64,000 bases of DNA from the NCBI GenBank assembly GCA_041750795.1, contig JBGSYQ010000064.1, positions 5,016 through 69,015 on the forward strand. The letters run 5' to 3'. Source of the DNA: Pirellulales bacterium. GTDB taxonomy: Bacteria; Planctomycetota; Planctomycetia; Pirellulales; PALSA-1355. The notes beneath the pieces were generated by a model that did not search any database, was not told where the DNA came from, and worked only from the letters and a program-made list of their open reading frames with translations. How positions within the stretch are numbered: the first letter of the stretch is position 1; each line of letters begins with the position of its first letter. Both the position numbers and the translations under genes were made by a program. This document shows positions 1 to 10,000 of this stretch, one piece after another.

Positions 1-625
1 ACTTCACGATGCGAGCCAAGGCGAGCAGCTTCGCGCTGATCTTCAAGTGCTGCTGCCTGGCCGCTTCGAGATTGACTTCAAAGCGAATCTTGTTGGACTC
101 GATGTAGAAATTCACGCAGCCACCCTGCTTGGCAAACCCGGCGGTGTCGCCGACCGTGAGCACGGGCAATCCACGCAACCGCTCGATCACCTGGCGAGAC
201 TGCGAAGCGCTGACATTGCGCGCCACGAACAGGATTTGGCAGGGGCCGACGCTTTCGGCCGAAGCGAACGAGCGGATCTCGATGCGGCGCCCGGCAATCG
301 TCTTCGTTGCCGCGATCTCGTGGAGCATCGTATCGAGCGGCGCGGTGCCCAGCACTCCGATGACGAACGGCTGTTGAGCGTCGCCAAAGGCCTCTTCCGG
401 CCACTCGACGTAGCCGCCGAAGTTGTAGAGGAACAGGGCCTTCAGCGGATACTCGCGGTTGATGAAGCCGTCCCCCTGCCAGGACCAGGCAAACGACGAC
501 AAGCCACTCACGGCCATCGCAATGGCCAGCAGCCAAAGGCCGGCCACGCGGCGCGCACCTGCCGCGCAAAACACGCGTGCGTGCTTCGTCGTGCGGCCTG
601 CGGTCGTAGTGGCTGGAAGGTTCAC
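1..625 (-). CDS. YfiR-family (DUF4154) periplasmic protein; 3' end runs off the left edge
   Basis: Hand translation of the minus strand. It is absent from the ORF track because its stop lies outside the window. GTG at 623-625 follows an in-frame TAG. A signal-anchor LWLLAIAMAVSGL is followed by YPLKALFLYNFGGYVEWPEEAF..PFVIGVLG..ILFVARN..LPVLTVGDT..FAKQGGCVNFYIESNKIRFEVNLEAA, the DUF4154/YfiR pattern as I remember it. Confidence 0.7.
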   Translation of the reverse strand, partial: MNLPATTTAGRTTKHARVFCAAGARRVAGLWLLAIAMAVSGLSSFAWSWQGDGFINREYPLKALFLYNFGGYVEWPEEAFGDAQQPFVIGVLGTAPLDTMLHEIAATKTIAGRRIEIRSFASAESVGPCQILFVARNVSASQSRQVIERLRGLPVLTVGDTAGFAKQGGCVNFYIESNKIRFEVNLEAARQQHLKISAKLLALARIVK

Positions 626-640
626 GTTTAATTCGATTTG

Positions 641-705
641 CGAGAACCCCTCTCCCTAACCTCTCCCGCAAGGGGCCGGCGGTTGGCGGAGAAGTTGTTC
701 TTCGG
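641..705. repeat. Partial, inverted copy of the palindromic intergenic repeat seen in full at 57778-57864
   Basis: The reverse complement of 641-705 (ccgaagaacaacttctccgccaaccgccggccccttgcgggagaggttagggagaggggttctcg) aligns by eye with 57778-57845. Only one of the two outer arms is present. Confidence 0.6.
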
Positions 706-726
706 CGAATCCTTGCTCTGCAGGTG

Positions 727-2823
727 CTAGTGGCTCCAGGCGACGCCGGCGTAAACGCCGCGGCGCACTTGCGTGTCTTCCATTCCCAATTCGAAGTCGG
801 TGTACTCCAGGTGATGGCCTTGCAACAGGTTCTGTCCCACCAGGCTGATCTCCAGATTGTTGTTGGGACGCCACGCCAGGCGGAGGTCCATCTCGATGTA
901 CTTGGGGACGAACGTCTCACCCTCGATCCGCACGCTGTCCATATAGCGGCCGATCATATCGAACTGCCAGTCGTCGGTGAGATTCCACGACGACCGCAGG
1001 TAGATGTTGTTGTGTGCAGTGCTGCCGTTGTACTGGGCGATGAAAAACTCGGAAGTAGACGGACCCGAGGCATTTGCCTCGAACAGCGAGTACGAGCCGA
1101 ACAGTTGCCAGTCCTTGCGCACTTGCCAGGTGGCAGTCAGCTCCGCGCCGCCGGTAACGGCGCTCACGTTGTTCTGCAGCTCGACAGGTATCGCGAACAG
1201 ACCGCCGCCGATCGGCATCGGCGCCCCGGGAGCGCCGAACCCGCGCAGCGCTCGATAGTCGTTCATGTATCCGGCTATGTCCCAACTGAAGCTGTCGACC
1301 GGCTGCGCGCGATAGCCCAACTCGTAGGAGACGACCGTCTCGGGCCGGAAACCCGGGTCGCCGTCGAACTGGACGAACAGACCGGGCAGCGGCCCGCGCG
1401 TGCGCAGTTGGATGCCCGTGTCAAAGCGCGTGGGATTCCGTACGGCGCGCGACACGGCCATCCACAACGACTGCCGTTCGCTCGGCTGAATCAACAGCCG
1501 CGCCGTCGGCTCCGGCTGGAACTTTCCGAACGTGTTGTATTCCAGGCGGCAGCCCAGCGTGAAATACATGTAGTCTTCGATCAGCGTCATCTCATCCTGG
1601 GCGAACACGCTGGCCCACTGGGTGAGAAAGTCGTTGGGAATCAACTCGAACGAAAAGCTGCCACGCTCGAAATCCTGGTTATGGCGGTAATTGGCGCCGG
1701 CAATGAACCGGTGATACTCGGCCGGGCTCCAGCGATACTGAAAATCGAGGTCCCACATGTAGCGATCTTCGGCCCAGGCCGGCTGATGCCGCCGCCTGGC
1801 CAGGTAGTACGTCTGGAACTGCCAGCCCGTGTCTTCATCCAGGTTGCGCGCCCAGCGGAACTGAATGTCGCCGCCCGAGACGTGTACCATATTGTCTTCT
1901 ACTGCGCGAAACGGCGGGACCGGGATCGTGTTGTTGAGTCGTTCGCCGTCGTAGCCGTTGTAGATGTCGCCGATGACCGTGACCGTGTCGTCCTTGTTGG
2001 GCGTGTAGTCGGTGCGGAATCCGAAACGCTGCTGGCGCCAGCCGTCGGGCACGAACTCGTCGCCGCTCCAGTTGCGGTTGCGGTCAAACTGCTTGCCCCA
2101 CACGCTATAGGTCGTGGCGTCGCTGACGCGGCCACCGAACCGCACCGTATTGAAATCCTGCTCGTAGTTGCCGCCGCCCGAGTGGACGTAGGCGCCTTGC
2201 GTCTGGCTGGTGCTCTTGGTGATGATGTTGATCACGCCGTTGACGGCATTCGAGCCCCAGGCGGTCGTGCCGGGGCCGCGGATGACTTCGATGCGCTCGA
2301 TGTCCTCGAGCACGACGTCCTGAATGTCCCAGAACACGCCGCCGAACGTGGGCGTGTAGACGACTCGTCCGTCGATCTGCACCAGCAGCTTGTTGGCAAA
2401 TCGGCCGTTGAATCCGCGGGCGCTGATGGCCCAGGTGCTGGAAGTGATTTTGGCCACCGTAATGCCCGGCGCCATGCGCAAGACTTCTGGAATGCAGCGA
2501 GCTCCGCTGCGCTTGATCATCTCGGGCGTGATCACGAAAACGGCTGCCGGCGAGTGGCCGACCGTGCTCTCCTGGCGGTCGACCGTGGTGACCACCTGGT
2601 TCATGGCGGGCACGACCACATCTTGCTTGATCAGGTCGTCAAGCTTCATGTCGGGGTTCAAGCCGCCGCCCGTCGGCCCCTGTTGCTGCGCCTCGGCCGT
2701 TGTGCCTTGGCTGGCAGCGGGCGCAGCAAGCTGCGCGTCCTGGCCGCGTGCCGCGGCCGAGATCAAGGCGCATATCAGCAGCATTCCAATGGCGTTGCCG
2801 ACCAATCGCCTGAGCACTATCAA
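727..2823 (-). CDS. TonB-dependent outer-membrane receptor
   Basis: 698-aa ORF with a signal peptide. Plug-domain motifs are present (IPEVLRMAPGITV, RGFNGRFANKLLVQIDGRVVY, IERIEVIRGPGTTAWGSNAVNGVINIITK), followed by a long barrel-type region. Confidence 0.9.
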   Translation of the reverse strand: MIVLRRLVGNAIGMLLICALISAAARGQDAQLAAPAASQGTTAEAQQQGPTGGGLNPDMKLDDLIKQDVVVPAMNQVVTTVDRQESTVGHSPAAVFVITPEMIKRSGARCIPEVLRMAPGITVAKITSSTWAISARGFNGRFANKLLVQIDGRVVYTPTFGGVFWDIQDVVLEDIERIEVIRGPGTTAWGSNAVNGVINIITKSTSQTQGAYVHSGGGNYEQDFNTVRFGGRVSDATTYSVWGKQFDRNRNWSGDEFVPDGWRQQRFGFRTDYTPNKDDTVTVIGDIYNGYDGERLNNTIPVPPFRAVEDNMVHVSGGDIQFRWARNLDEDTGWQFQTYYLARRRHQPAWAEDRYMWDLDFQYRWSPAEYHRFIAGANYRHNQDFERGSFSFELIPNDFLTQWASVFAQDEMTLIEDYMYFTLGCRLEYNTFGKFQPEPTARLLIQPSERQSLWMAVSRAVRNPTRFDTGIQLRTRGPLPGLFVQFDGDPGFRPETVVSYELGYRAQPVDSFSWDIAGYMNDYRALRGFGAPGAPMPIGGGLFAIPVELQNNVSAVTGGAELTATWQVRKDWQLFGSYSLFEANASGPSTSEFFIAQYNGSTAHNNIYLRSSWNLTDDWQFDMIGRYMDSVRIEGETFVPKYIEMDLRLAWRPNNNLEISLVGQNLLQGHHLEYTDFELGMEDTQVRRGVYAGVAWSH

Positions 2824-3303
2824 GGCTATCTACCAGTTAACAGGCTGCGTATGCGGACCAATCAAAGCCCGCTTTTGCGCATGCCGAGCGCCAAGCGCGA
2901 CTTGCGCGACGGAAAGAGCGTGGGGTGTATCGATGTCAGCACGGCGCGCGTGCGGAATGCCGGCAGGCAACCGACGCGCCCCGGCCAAGGGTCATGGCGT
3001 GGGGACGCAGGGGATGAACGGCGATGACCGGCTTCGCGGGATCGACGGGAATGGCGCCGGTAACCTGTCCCGATATCATGCAGTGACGTCGTGAGGTATC
3101 GGGATGCCTCTGGCGCGCACTTAAATCCCGATTTTCCAGTCGCGCCAGTTTGCCTCGACATGCGCTTCGCGTAACGCAGCAAGCCTGCGCTGGCTTTGCC
3201 GGCTGTAATTACACGCGCAGAACTGCACACGATGCGCGGCATCGTCCAATTGCACAGACAGGGTAACCCTGGCAGAGACTGACGCCCGCCTCCAGCCCTT
3301 TTA

Positions 3304-4773
3304 CTAGCTAGAACCGGCTTTGGCCTTGGCACGCGCTCGCCGCGGGCGCACCCCGTCGTTCAGGTCGGTGGCCGGCGGGCGCCGGTCGGCATTGGGCTGG
3401 GGCATCGGCGCCGAAACCGACTGCCGCCAGGCGACCAGTTTTTCGTGCAACTGCCTGGTTCTGTCCGGCAGTTCGGCCGCACGATTCACTCTCTCGCCGG
3501 GATCCTCGCTCAGATTATAAAGCTCCAGCCGCCCGTCCTCGAAGAACTCCAGCAGCTTCCAATCGCCCCAGCGAATGGCTCCGGCGGGCGTGGTTCTCCA
3601 GGTCCCGCCCGCGGAACCCAGATAGCCGGGGAAGTGCCAGTACAGCGGCGCTCGGTCGGCCGCGGCTTCGTTCGGCGTCACCAACAGGCTGGCATAGCTG
3701 TGGCCATCGAGCGTGTATGCCTTGGGCGCGATGGCGCCGGCTACGTCCAGCAGCGTCGGATAAAGATCGACGGAGTTGATGGGCGCCTGGCACGTTTGAC
3801 CCGCGGTGATCTTACCCTGCCAGCGGAAAAAATACGGTACGTGTACACCGCCCTCGTACAGCATGCCCTTGCCGCCGCGCAGCGGAGCATTGTCGGTGAT
3901 GTCTTTGGCTTGCACCCCTTCGCGAACGTATCCCCCAACGCCGCCGTTGTCGCTGGTGAAGATCACCAGCGTGCTGCCTGCGAGTTGAAGTTCGTCCAGC
4001 GCGGCGACGACGCGTCCGACGCTCTGATCGAGGCTGGCAATCATCGCGGCATACACCGGGTTGCCGTGTCCGCCCGCGGCCGGCTTGGTTTGGTACCGGC
4101 CGATCAAGTCCGCCTTAGCCTCCAGCGGCGTGTGAACGGCAAAGTGCGGCAGATACAGGAAGAACCGCTGGTCCTTGTGGCGGTGGATAAAGTCGACGGC
4201 CCGATCGGTAAGAAAGTCGGCCAGGTATGCGTCGGCGTCGTGCTCCGTCTGGGGATTGGTGGCAAAGTTGAAGTGGCGACCCGACGAGATGATCGCCTCA
4301 TCAAAGCCGCGTTTGCTGGGATGATGCTCGGGATCGTTGCCCAGATGCCATTTGCCGAACATGCCCGTGGCGTAGCCGGCTGCTTTGAGCGACTGCGCCA
4401 GCGTGATTTTGTCGAGCGGCAAATCGGCGACGTTTTCGGCGGGGCGCAAGGGACGGCTTTGCCAGTCGAACCGGTCGATGCTGCCGACCGTGTAAATGCC
4501 GGTGCGCGGCCCGTACTGCCCGCTCAGCAGCGCCGCCCTGGTAGGCTGACAATTGGGACCGCACGTATAGCCGTTGGCAAAGCGCACTCCCTCGGCGGCC
4601 AGGCGATCGATGTGGGGCGTCTCATAGTAGCCGCTGCCCGTGCAGCCGAGATCGGTGAAGCCCAGGTCGTCCGCGAGGATGAAGACGATGTTCGGGGGTT
4701 GCTCGGCGGCACCTGCGGTGTGAAAAGCGAGCAGCGCGGCCGTTGCGGCGGCATAGCGAAGGGCGTGCAGCAT
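3304..4773 (-). CDS. Sulfatase (formylglycine-dependent arylsulfatase family)
   Basis: 489 aa with a signal peptide. Contains PNIVFILADDLG, the C-x-P-x-R motif (CQPTRAALLSG), GKWHLG and TSDNGG. Confidence 0.9.
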   Translation of the reverse strand: MLHALRYAAATAALLAFHTAGAAEQPPNIVFILADDLGFTDLGCTGSGYYETPHIDRLAAEGVRFANGYTCGPNCQPTRAALLSGQYGPRTGIYTVGSIDRFDWQSRPLRPAENVADLPLDKITLAQSLKAAGYATGMFGKWHLGNDPEHHPSKRGFDEAIISSGRHFNFATNPQTEHDADAYLADFLTDRAVDFIHRHKDQRFFLYLPHFAVHTPLEAKADLIGRYQTKPAAGGHGNPVYAAMIASLDQSVGRVVAALDELQLAGSTLVIFTSDNGGVGGYVREGVQAKDITDNAPLRGGKGMLYEGGVHVPYFFRWQGKITAGQTCQAPINSVDLYPTLLDVAGAIAPKAYTLDGHSYASLLVTPNEAAADRAPLYWHFPGYLGSAGGTWRTTPAGAIRWGDWKLLEFFEDGRLELYNLSEDPGERVNRAAELPDRTRQLHEKLVAWRQSVSAPMPQPNADRRPPATDLNDGVRPRRARAKAKAGSS

Positions 4774-4940
4774 CGGAAAATTATCCGCTTGGGCATGAGT
4801 CGAGTTTGCCTTGCCAGCCGGCGCTCGCCGGGCGTCTCAGGCTACCATGGCGGAGGGAGCGCGACCACCGGGCCAAGCCGGTTCGAATGCGGATGCGACC
4901 TACTTGACCGTGCTCGTGCGACGAGGCTATAGTGCAGGCT

Positions 4941-4956
4941 GACTGACTGGTCAGTC
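4941..4956. promoter_or_regulatory. Candidate TetR operator palindrome
   Basis: Perfect 7-bp inverted arms GACTGAC-TG-GTCAGTC sit 24 nt upstream of the TetR ATG, just downstream of a TATAGT -10-like hexamer (4928-4933). Confidence 0.45.
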
Positions 4957-4979
4957 CGCATCCCACCTGATGGTGCCTT

Positions 4980-5669
4980 ATGGCCCGCGGCACCGAAAAC
5001 CGCCCCAAAAAACCCGCCGGCGAAGCCCTCTGGACCCTCCGCAAGGAAGAGATCCTCACCGAAGCTGCGCGCCTGTTTGCCGAACGCGGCTACTCCGAGA
5101 CCGACACCCAACTGCTGGCCGAAACCATCGGCGTCGGCAAGGGCACCGTCTATCGATATTTCCCCAGCAAGCGCGAGCTGTTTCTGGCCGCCGTCGATCG
5201 CGTGATGCGCATGTTGCGCCAACGCGTCGACCTGCGCGTCGAAGGCGTCGAGGATCCGCTGCAGCGCATCGAACGCGGCGTGCGCGAATTCTTGTCCTTT
5301 TTCGCCGAACATCCCGCCTACGTCGAGCTTCTGATTCAGGAACGGGCATTGTTCAAGGACCGCAAGCTCCCCACGTTCATCGAACATCGGCAGATGAACC
5401 TGCAGCGCTGGCGCGACATGTACCGCGACCTGATCGCCGACGGACGCGTACGCGATATCCCGCCCGAGGGAATCACCGACGTCGTCGGCAACTTGCTCTA
5501 CGGAACCATCTTCATGAATTATTTCAGCGGCCAGGTGGAATCGGCCGAGAAGCAGGCTCGCGAACTCACCAACATCCTGTTCAACGGCATTCTCACGGCG
5601 CAGGAACGAGCGCGCCGAGCGAGCGAGACGGCCGAGCAATCCACCGAGGCGCCGACGCACGATGCATAA
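4980..5669 (+). CDS. TetR/AcrR-family transcriptional regulator
   Basis: 229 aa with the N-terminal HTH ILTEAARLFAERGYSETDTQLLAETIGVGKGTVYRYFPSKRELF. It is the first gene of the efflux operon. Confidence 0.9.
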   Translation: MARGTENRPKKPAGEALWTLRKEEILTEAARLFAERGYSETDTQLLAETIGVGKGTVYRYFPSKRELFLAAVDRVMRMLRQRVDLRVEGVEDPLQRIERGVREFLSFFAEHPAYVELLIQERALFKDRKLPTFIEHRQMNLQRWRDMYRDLIADGRVRDIPPEGITDVVGNLLYGTIFMNYFSGQVESAEKQARELTNILFNGILTAQERARRASETAEQSTEAPTHDA

Positions 5670-6978
5670 GCGAAACCTGGCAATGATCGCCATTGGCCTG
5701 CTATGGGTATGCGGCTGTGCCGAGCAACCGGCCGGCCCCCAGGCCAATCAGCATGCGCCACCGCCCCTGCCGCCGCCCGAAGTACTGGTCGATGTTCCGA
5801 CCAGCGGCGACGTCGTCGACTACGAAGACTTCACCGGGCGGACCGCCGGCACGCGAATGATCGACATTCGCGCACGGGTCACCGGCTATGTCTCCAAGAT
5901 CAACTTTCGCGAACTGGAGGGTCGCGACGTCGAGAAGGGCATGGTGCTCTACGAAATCGACCCGCGCCCCTACCAGGCCGAGGTCGCCCGGGCAAAAGCT
6001 AACTTGTTACAGGCCAGTTCAAAGGCCAAACGCCTCGATCTCGATTTTCGCCGCGCGCAGCAACTGGTGGAGAGCAAGGCCCTCACGATCGAGGCCTACG
6101 ACTTGATCGCCGGCGACCGGGCCCAGGCCCAGGCCGCCGTGGCAATCGAGCAGGCCAATTTGCAGTTGGCTGAGTTGAATCTCAGCTTTTGCAAAGTCGT
6201 CGCACCGATCTCGGGCCGCATCGGCCGCACGCTGGTCGACGCCGGAAACGTCGTCAAGGCCGATGAAACCTCCTTGACGACGATCGTGCAGATCGACCCG
6301 ATCTTCGTCTACTTCGAAGTCGACGAACGCTCGCTGCTGCGAATTCGCCGCTATCTGGAGGAAGGTCGACTGAACTCATCCGACGGCACGGGCGTGGACG
6401 TGATGATGGGACTTGCCGACGACGACGGGCATCCGTACGCCGGTTACGTGAACTTTCTCGACAATCAACTCGACGCCGGCACCGGCACGCTGCAGGTGCG
6501 CGGCATATTTCGCAACCCGGGCCACACGCTGCGGCCAGGGCTGTTCGTGCGCGTGCGACTGCCGATCGGCCAACCGTATCGCGCCCTGTTGGTCGCCGAG
6601 GAGGCGCTGGGCACCGACCAGGGGCAGAAGTACGTTTACGTTGTCGATGATGAAAACAAAGCGCAGTATCGCCGCATCGAGATCGGCAAGCTCCAGGACG
6701 GACGGCGTGTCGTGCTCAAAGGGCTCGAGGCCGGCGAGCGCGTGGTCGTCAGCGGATTGCAGCGCGTTCGCCCGGGAGCTAGCGTGCAGCCGAAAATGAT
6801 CGAAACAGCCCAGCATCAGCACGCGGCCGGGGACGGACCGGCAGACGTGGCCGAGGCGCCGACCGAAACCAACGTGTTGCCCGCGAAAACGCGTACGCCG
6901 GCCGAACGATCGGAAGCAGCGCGAACCGCGCCGCGCCCGGCACGCGAGTCGGCGGCGGGATCTCCCTTGGCCCGGTAA
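5662..6978 (+). CDS. RND efflux periplasmic adaptor (membrane fusion protein), lipoprotein
   Basis: 438 aa with a lipobox-like LLWVCGC. MFP pattern present (VTGYVSKINF..V.KGMVLYEIDPRPYQAEVARAKANL..VVAPISGRIGR). Its ATG overlaps the TetR stop by 8 nt. Confidence 0.9.
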   Translation: MHKRNLAMIAIGLLWVCGCAEQPAGPQANQHAPPPLPPPEVLVDVPTSGDVVDYEDFTGRTAGTRMIDIRARVTGYVSKINFRELEGRDVEKGMVLYEIDPRPYQAEVARAKANLLQASSKAKRLDLDFRRAQQLVESKALTIEAYDLIAGDRAQAQAAVAIEQANLQLAELNLSFCKVVAPISGRIGRTLVDAGNVVKADETSLTTIVQIDPIFVYFEVDERSLLRIRRYLEEGRLNSSDGTGVDVMMGLADDDGHPYAGYVNFLDNQLDAGTGTLQVRGIFRNPGHTLRPGLFVRVRLPIGQPYRALLVAEEALGTDQGQKYVYVVDDENKAQYRRIEIGKLQDGRRVVLKGLEAGERVVVSGLQRVRPGASVQPKMIETAQHQHAAGDGPADVAEAPTETNVLPAKTRTPAERSEAARTAPRPARESAAGSPLAR

Positions 6979-7020
6979 CGCTCCGACGCGCAACGTTTCG
7001 CCCACGAAAGTGAATCGGCC

Positions 7021-10000
7021 GTGATTGCTCGGTTTTTTGTCGATCGTCCGATCTTTGCCTGCGTGCTGTCGATCGCCATCACGCTGGCCGGCGGCATTGC
7101 CCTGGTCAACTTGCCGCTGGCGCAGTTTCCCAACATCTCGCCGCCAAACGTGGGCGTGCAATGCGTCTATCCCGGCGCCAATGCCGAGGACGTGGCCGGT
7201 GCCGTCGCCGCGCCGATCGAGCAGCAGATCAACGGTGTCGAGGGCATGCTCTACATGTCGTCGAGCTGCACGAACGACGGCCAATACAGCTTGAACATCA
7301 CCTTCGAGCACGGCACGAACCTGAACGTGGCCCAGGTGCTGGTGCAAAACCGCGTGGCCTTGGCCATCCCCTCGCTGCCCGACGCCATCAAGCAGCGCGG
7401 CGTCACCGTGCAAAAGCGCTCGCCCGACGTGTTGATGGGCGCCGCCCTCATGTCGCCCAGCGGCCAGTACGACCAGCTATACCTGAGCAATTATGCCAAA
7501 ACGCGCATTCGCGATGAACTGATGCGCTTGCCGGGAGTGGCCGACGTGCGCCTGTCGGGACAGCGCGATTACGCCATGCGCGTGTGGCTCAATCCGGAAA
7601 CGCTGGCGGCGCGAGACCTGACAGCCGGCGACGTGGTGCAAGCCATCCGCGATCAGAACAGCGAAGTGGCCATCGGCACGATCGGCGCTCCGCCGCTCAA
7701 CGAAGACCAGGTGTTCGCGCGCACGCTCTCGGCGTTGGGCCGGCTGGAAACCGTCGAGCAGTTTGCGGACATCGTGCTCAAAGCGTCCGACGACGGACGC
7801 ATCGTGCGGCTCAAGGACGTCGCACGAGTGGAGCTGGGTTCCGACAACCAGGACGTCAGCGTGCGCTACAACGGCCACGAGGCCGTCTTTCTGGTCGTCA
7901 CCCAGATGTCGAGCGCCAACGCGCTGGACGTGCACGAGGCTGTTATCGACAAGATGAACGAGCTGCAACGGGATTTTCCTGAAGGGATCATCTGGACCAT
8001 CAATTTCGACACCACGGTCTATACCAGTGAATCGATCCGCGAGGTTTTCAAGGCCCTGCGCGACGCCATCGTGCTGGTGGCCATCGTGGTGCTGGTGTTC
8101 CTGCAAAACTGGCGGTCCGCCATCATCCCGCTCGTGACGGTGCCCGTGGCCGTGGTGGGGACGTTCGCGGCCATGCTGGCGTTCGACTTCAGCTTGAACA
8201 ACCTGACGCTGTTCGGGTTGGTGCTGGCAATCGGCATCGTGGTGGACGACGCGATCGTGGTGGTCGAGGCGGTGGAACATCACATCGCCGCCGGCAAGTC
8301 GCCGCGCGAGGCCACGCTCGTAGCCATGCGGCAGGTGTCCGGGCCGGTTGTCGCGGTAGGGCTGGTGCTCAGCGCGGTGTTCGTGCCGTGCGCGTTCGTG
8401 AGCGGCATCACCGGGAAGTTCTTTCAGCAATTCGCACTGACGATCGCCGTGTCGACGATCATCTCGGCGTTCAATTCGCTGACGCTCAGCCCGGCATTGT
8501 GCGCGCTGGTGTTGCGTCCGCGCGGCTCGAAGCCGACGCCGCCGTTTCCCTGGCTGGCGTTTGCCGTGGCCGGCGGCTGGCTGGGCTGGGTGATGCTGCC
8601 CGAGCTTGCCGCCGATCGCCTGGGCATCGACTCGACCTCGTCCGCGTGGACCCGCGGGATCATGTGCGCCGCCGGAACCGTGGTCGGCGCCCTGGTGAGC
8701 TGGCCGGTGAATCAGATCTTGCGGGCCGCGTTTCGGCTGTTCAACTACGGATTCGATGCTTTCACCACGCTCTATCTGTGGATCGTGGGCAAGTTGCTTT
8801 ACGTCACGGTGTTGGTGTTGGTCGTGTATGGCGGACTGCTGGCCGTTACGTACGACAAGTTCGCCAGCACCCCCAAGGGCTTCATCCCTCAGCAGGACAT
8901 GGGCTATTTGCTGGTGACCGTGCAGTTGCCCGACTCGGCCTCGGTCGAACGGACCGCCAGGGTCATGCGGCAGATCGAAGCCCAGGCGTCGGCCATTCCC
9001 GGCGTCCACCACGTGACGGCCATTTCGGGCGAGTCGTTCGCCACCGGGGCCGCCGGGTCCAACTTCGGCTCGATGTTCGTCGGCTTCGATCCCTACGACG
9101 AGCGCCGCGAGCAGAGCCGCTCGAGCGGCGCCATCGTGGAAAAGCTGAAGCTAGGCTTCGAACTAATTCCCGACGCCAAGGTGCAGGTGTTTCCACCGCC
9201 CCCCATGCGCGGCGTGGGACGTGCCGGCGGCTTTACGCTGATGGTCGAGGATCGCAGCGCCCTGGGCTCCGACACGCTGCAAGCGCAGACCGAGGAGCTC
9301 GTCGCACGGGCCACCGAGCACCCCAGCCTGACGAACTTGTTCTCCGTTTTTCGGGCCAACGTGCCGATGCTCGAAGTCGATCCGAGTCCGCGCGAAGTGG
9401 CGATGAAGCGCGTCAATCTGCGAGACTTCGCCGAAACGCTGACGGTCTTCCAGGGATCGCTGCACGTCAACGACTTCAATCTGCTGGGACGCACCTGGAA
9501 AGTGATCGTGCAGGCCGAGCATGCATTTCGTGACGAAGTCGAGGACATCGCCCGGCTCAAGGTTCGCAATGCCGAAGGCGCGATGGTCCCGCTCGGCTCG
9601 CTGGCCACCGTGAAGCAGGTCAACGGGCCGCTGGTGGTGAACCGTTACAACATGTACCCGGCCGCATCGATCACCGGCGCGGCCCAGCCGGGCACCAGTT
9701 CCGGCGATTCGCTCAAAGTGATGGAACAACTGGCCACGGCCACGCTGCCGTCGACGATGGCGTTCGAGTGGACCGAGCTGGCGTACTTGGAATTGAAGGC
9801 CGGCAACACCGCCATGGTGATCTTCGGCTTCGCCGTGGCGATGGTGTTTCTGGTGCTGGCGGCCCAATACGAAAGTTGGTCGTTGCCGCTGGCGGTGATC
9901 CTGGTGGTGCCGATGTGCCTGTTGAGCGCCATCATCGGCGTCAACCTGGCCGGCCAGGACATCAACATCTTCACTCAAATTGGCTTCGTCGTGCTGGTGG

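Noticed and set aside
3040-3180. Cobalamin-riboswitch-like fragments upstream of the TonB-dependent receptor (GGGAA..GGTAACC..CCCG..CAGTGA..GGGATGCC..AGTCGCGCCAGTTTGCC).
   Set aside because: The loosely matching order of motifs is on the plus strand, whereas the receptor is on the minus strand and no plus-strand gene follows. The B12-box and the GCCACTG core are not actually present. Only an Infernal scan could rescue it.
4880-4888. tRNA-like T-loop GGTTCGAAT.
   Set aside because: The flanking bases (CCGG / GCGG) do not form a T-stem, and no acceptor or anticodon arms can be drawn. I saw no tRNA anywhere in the window.
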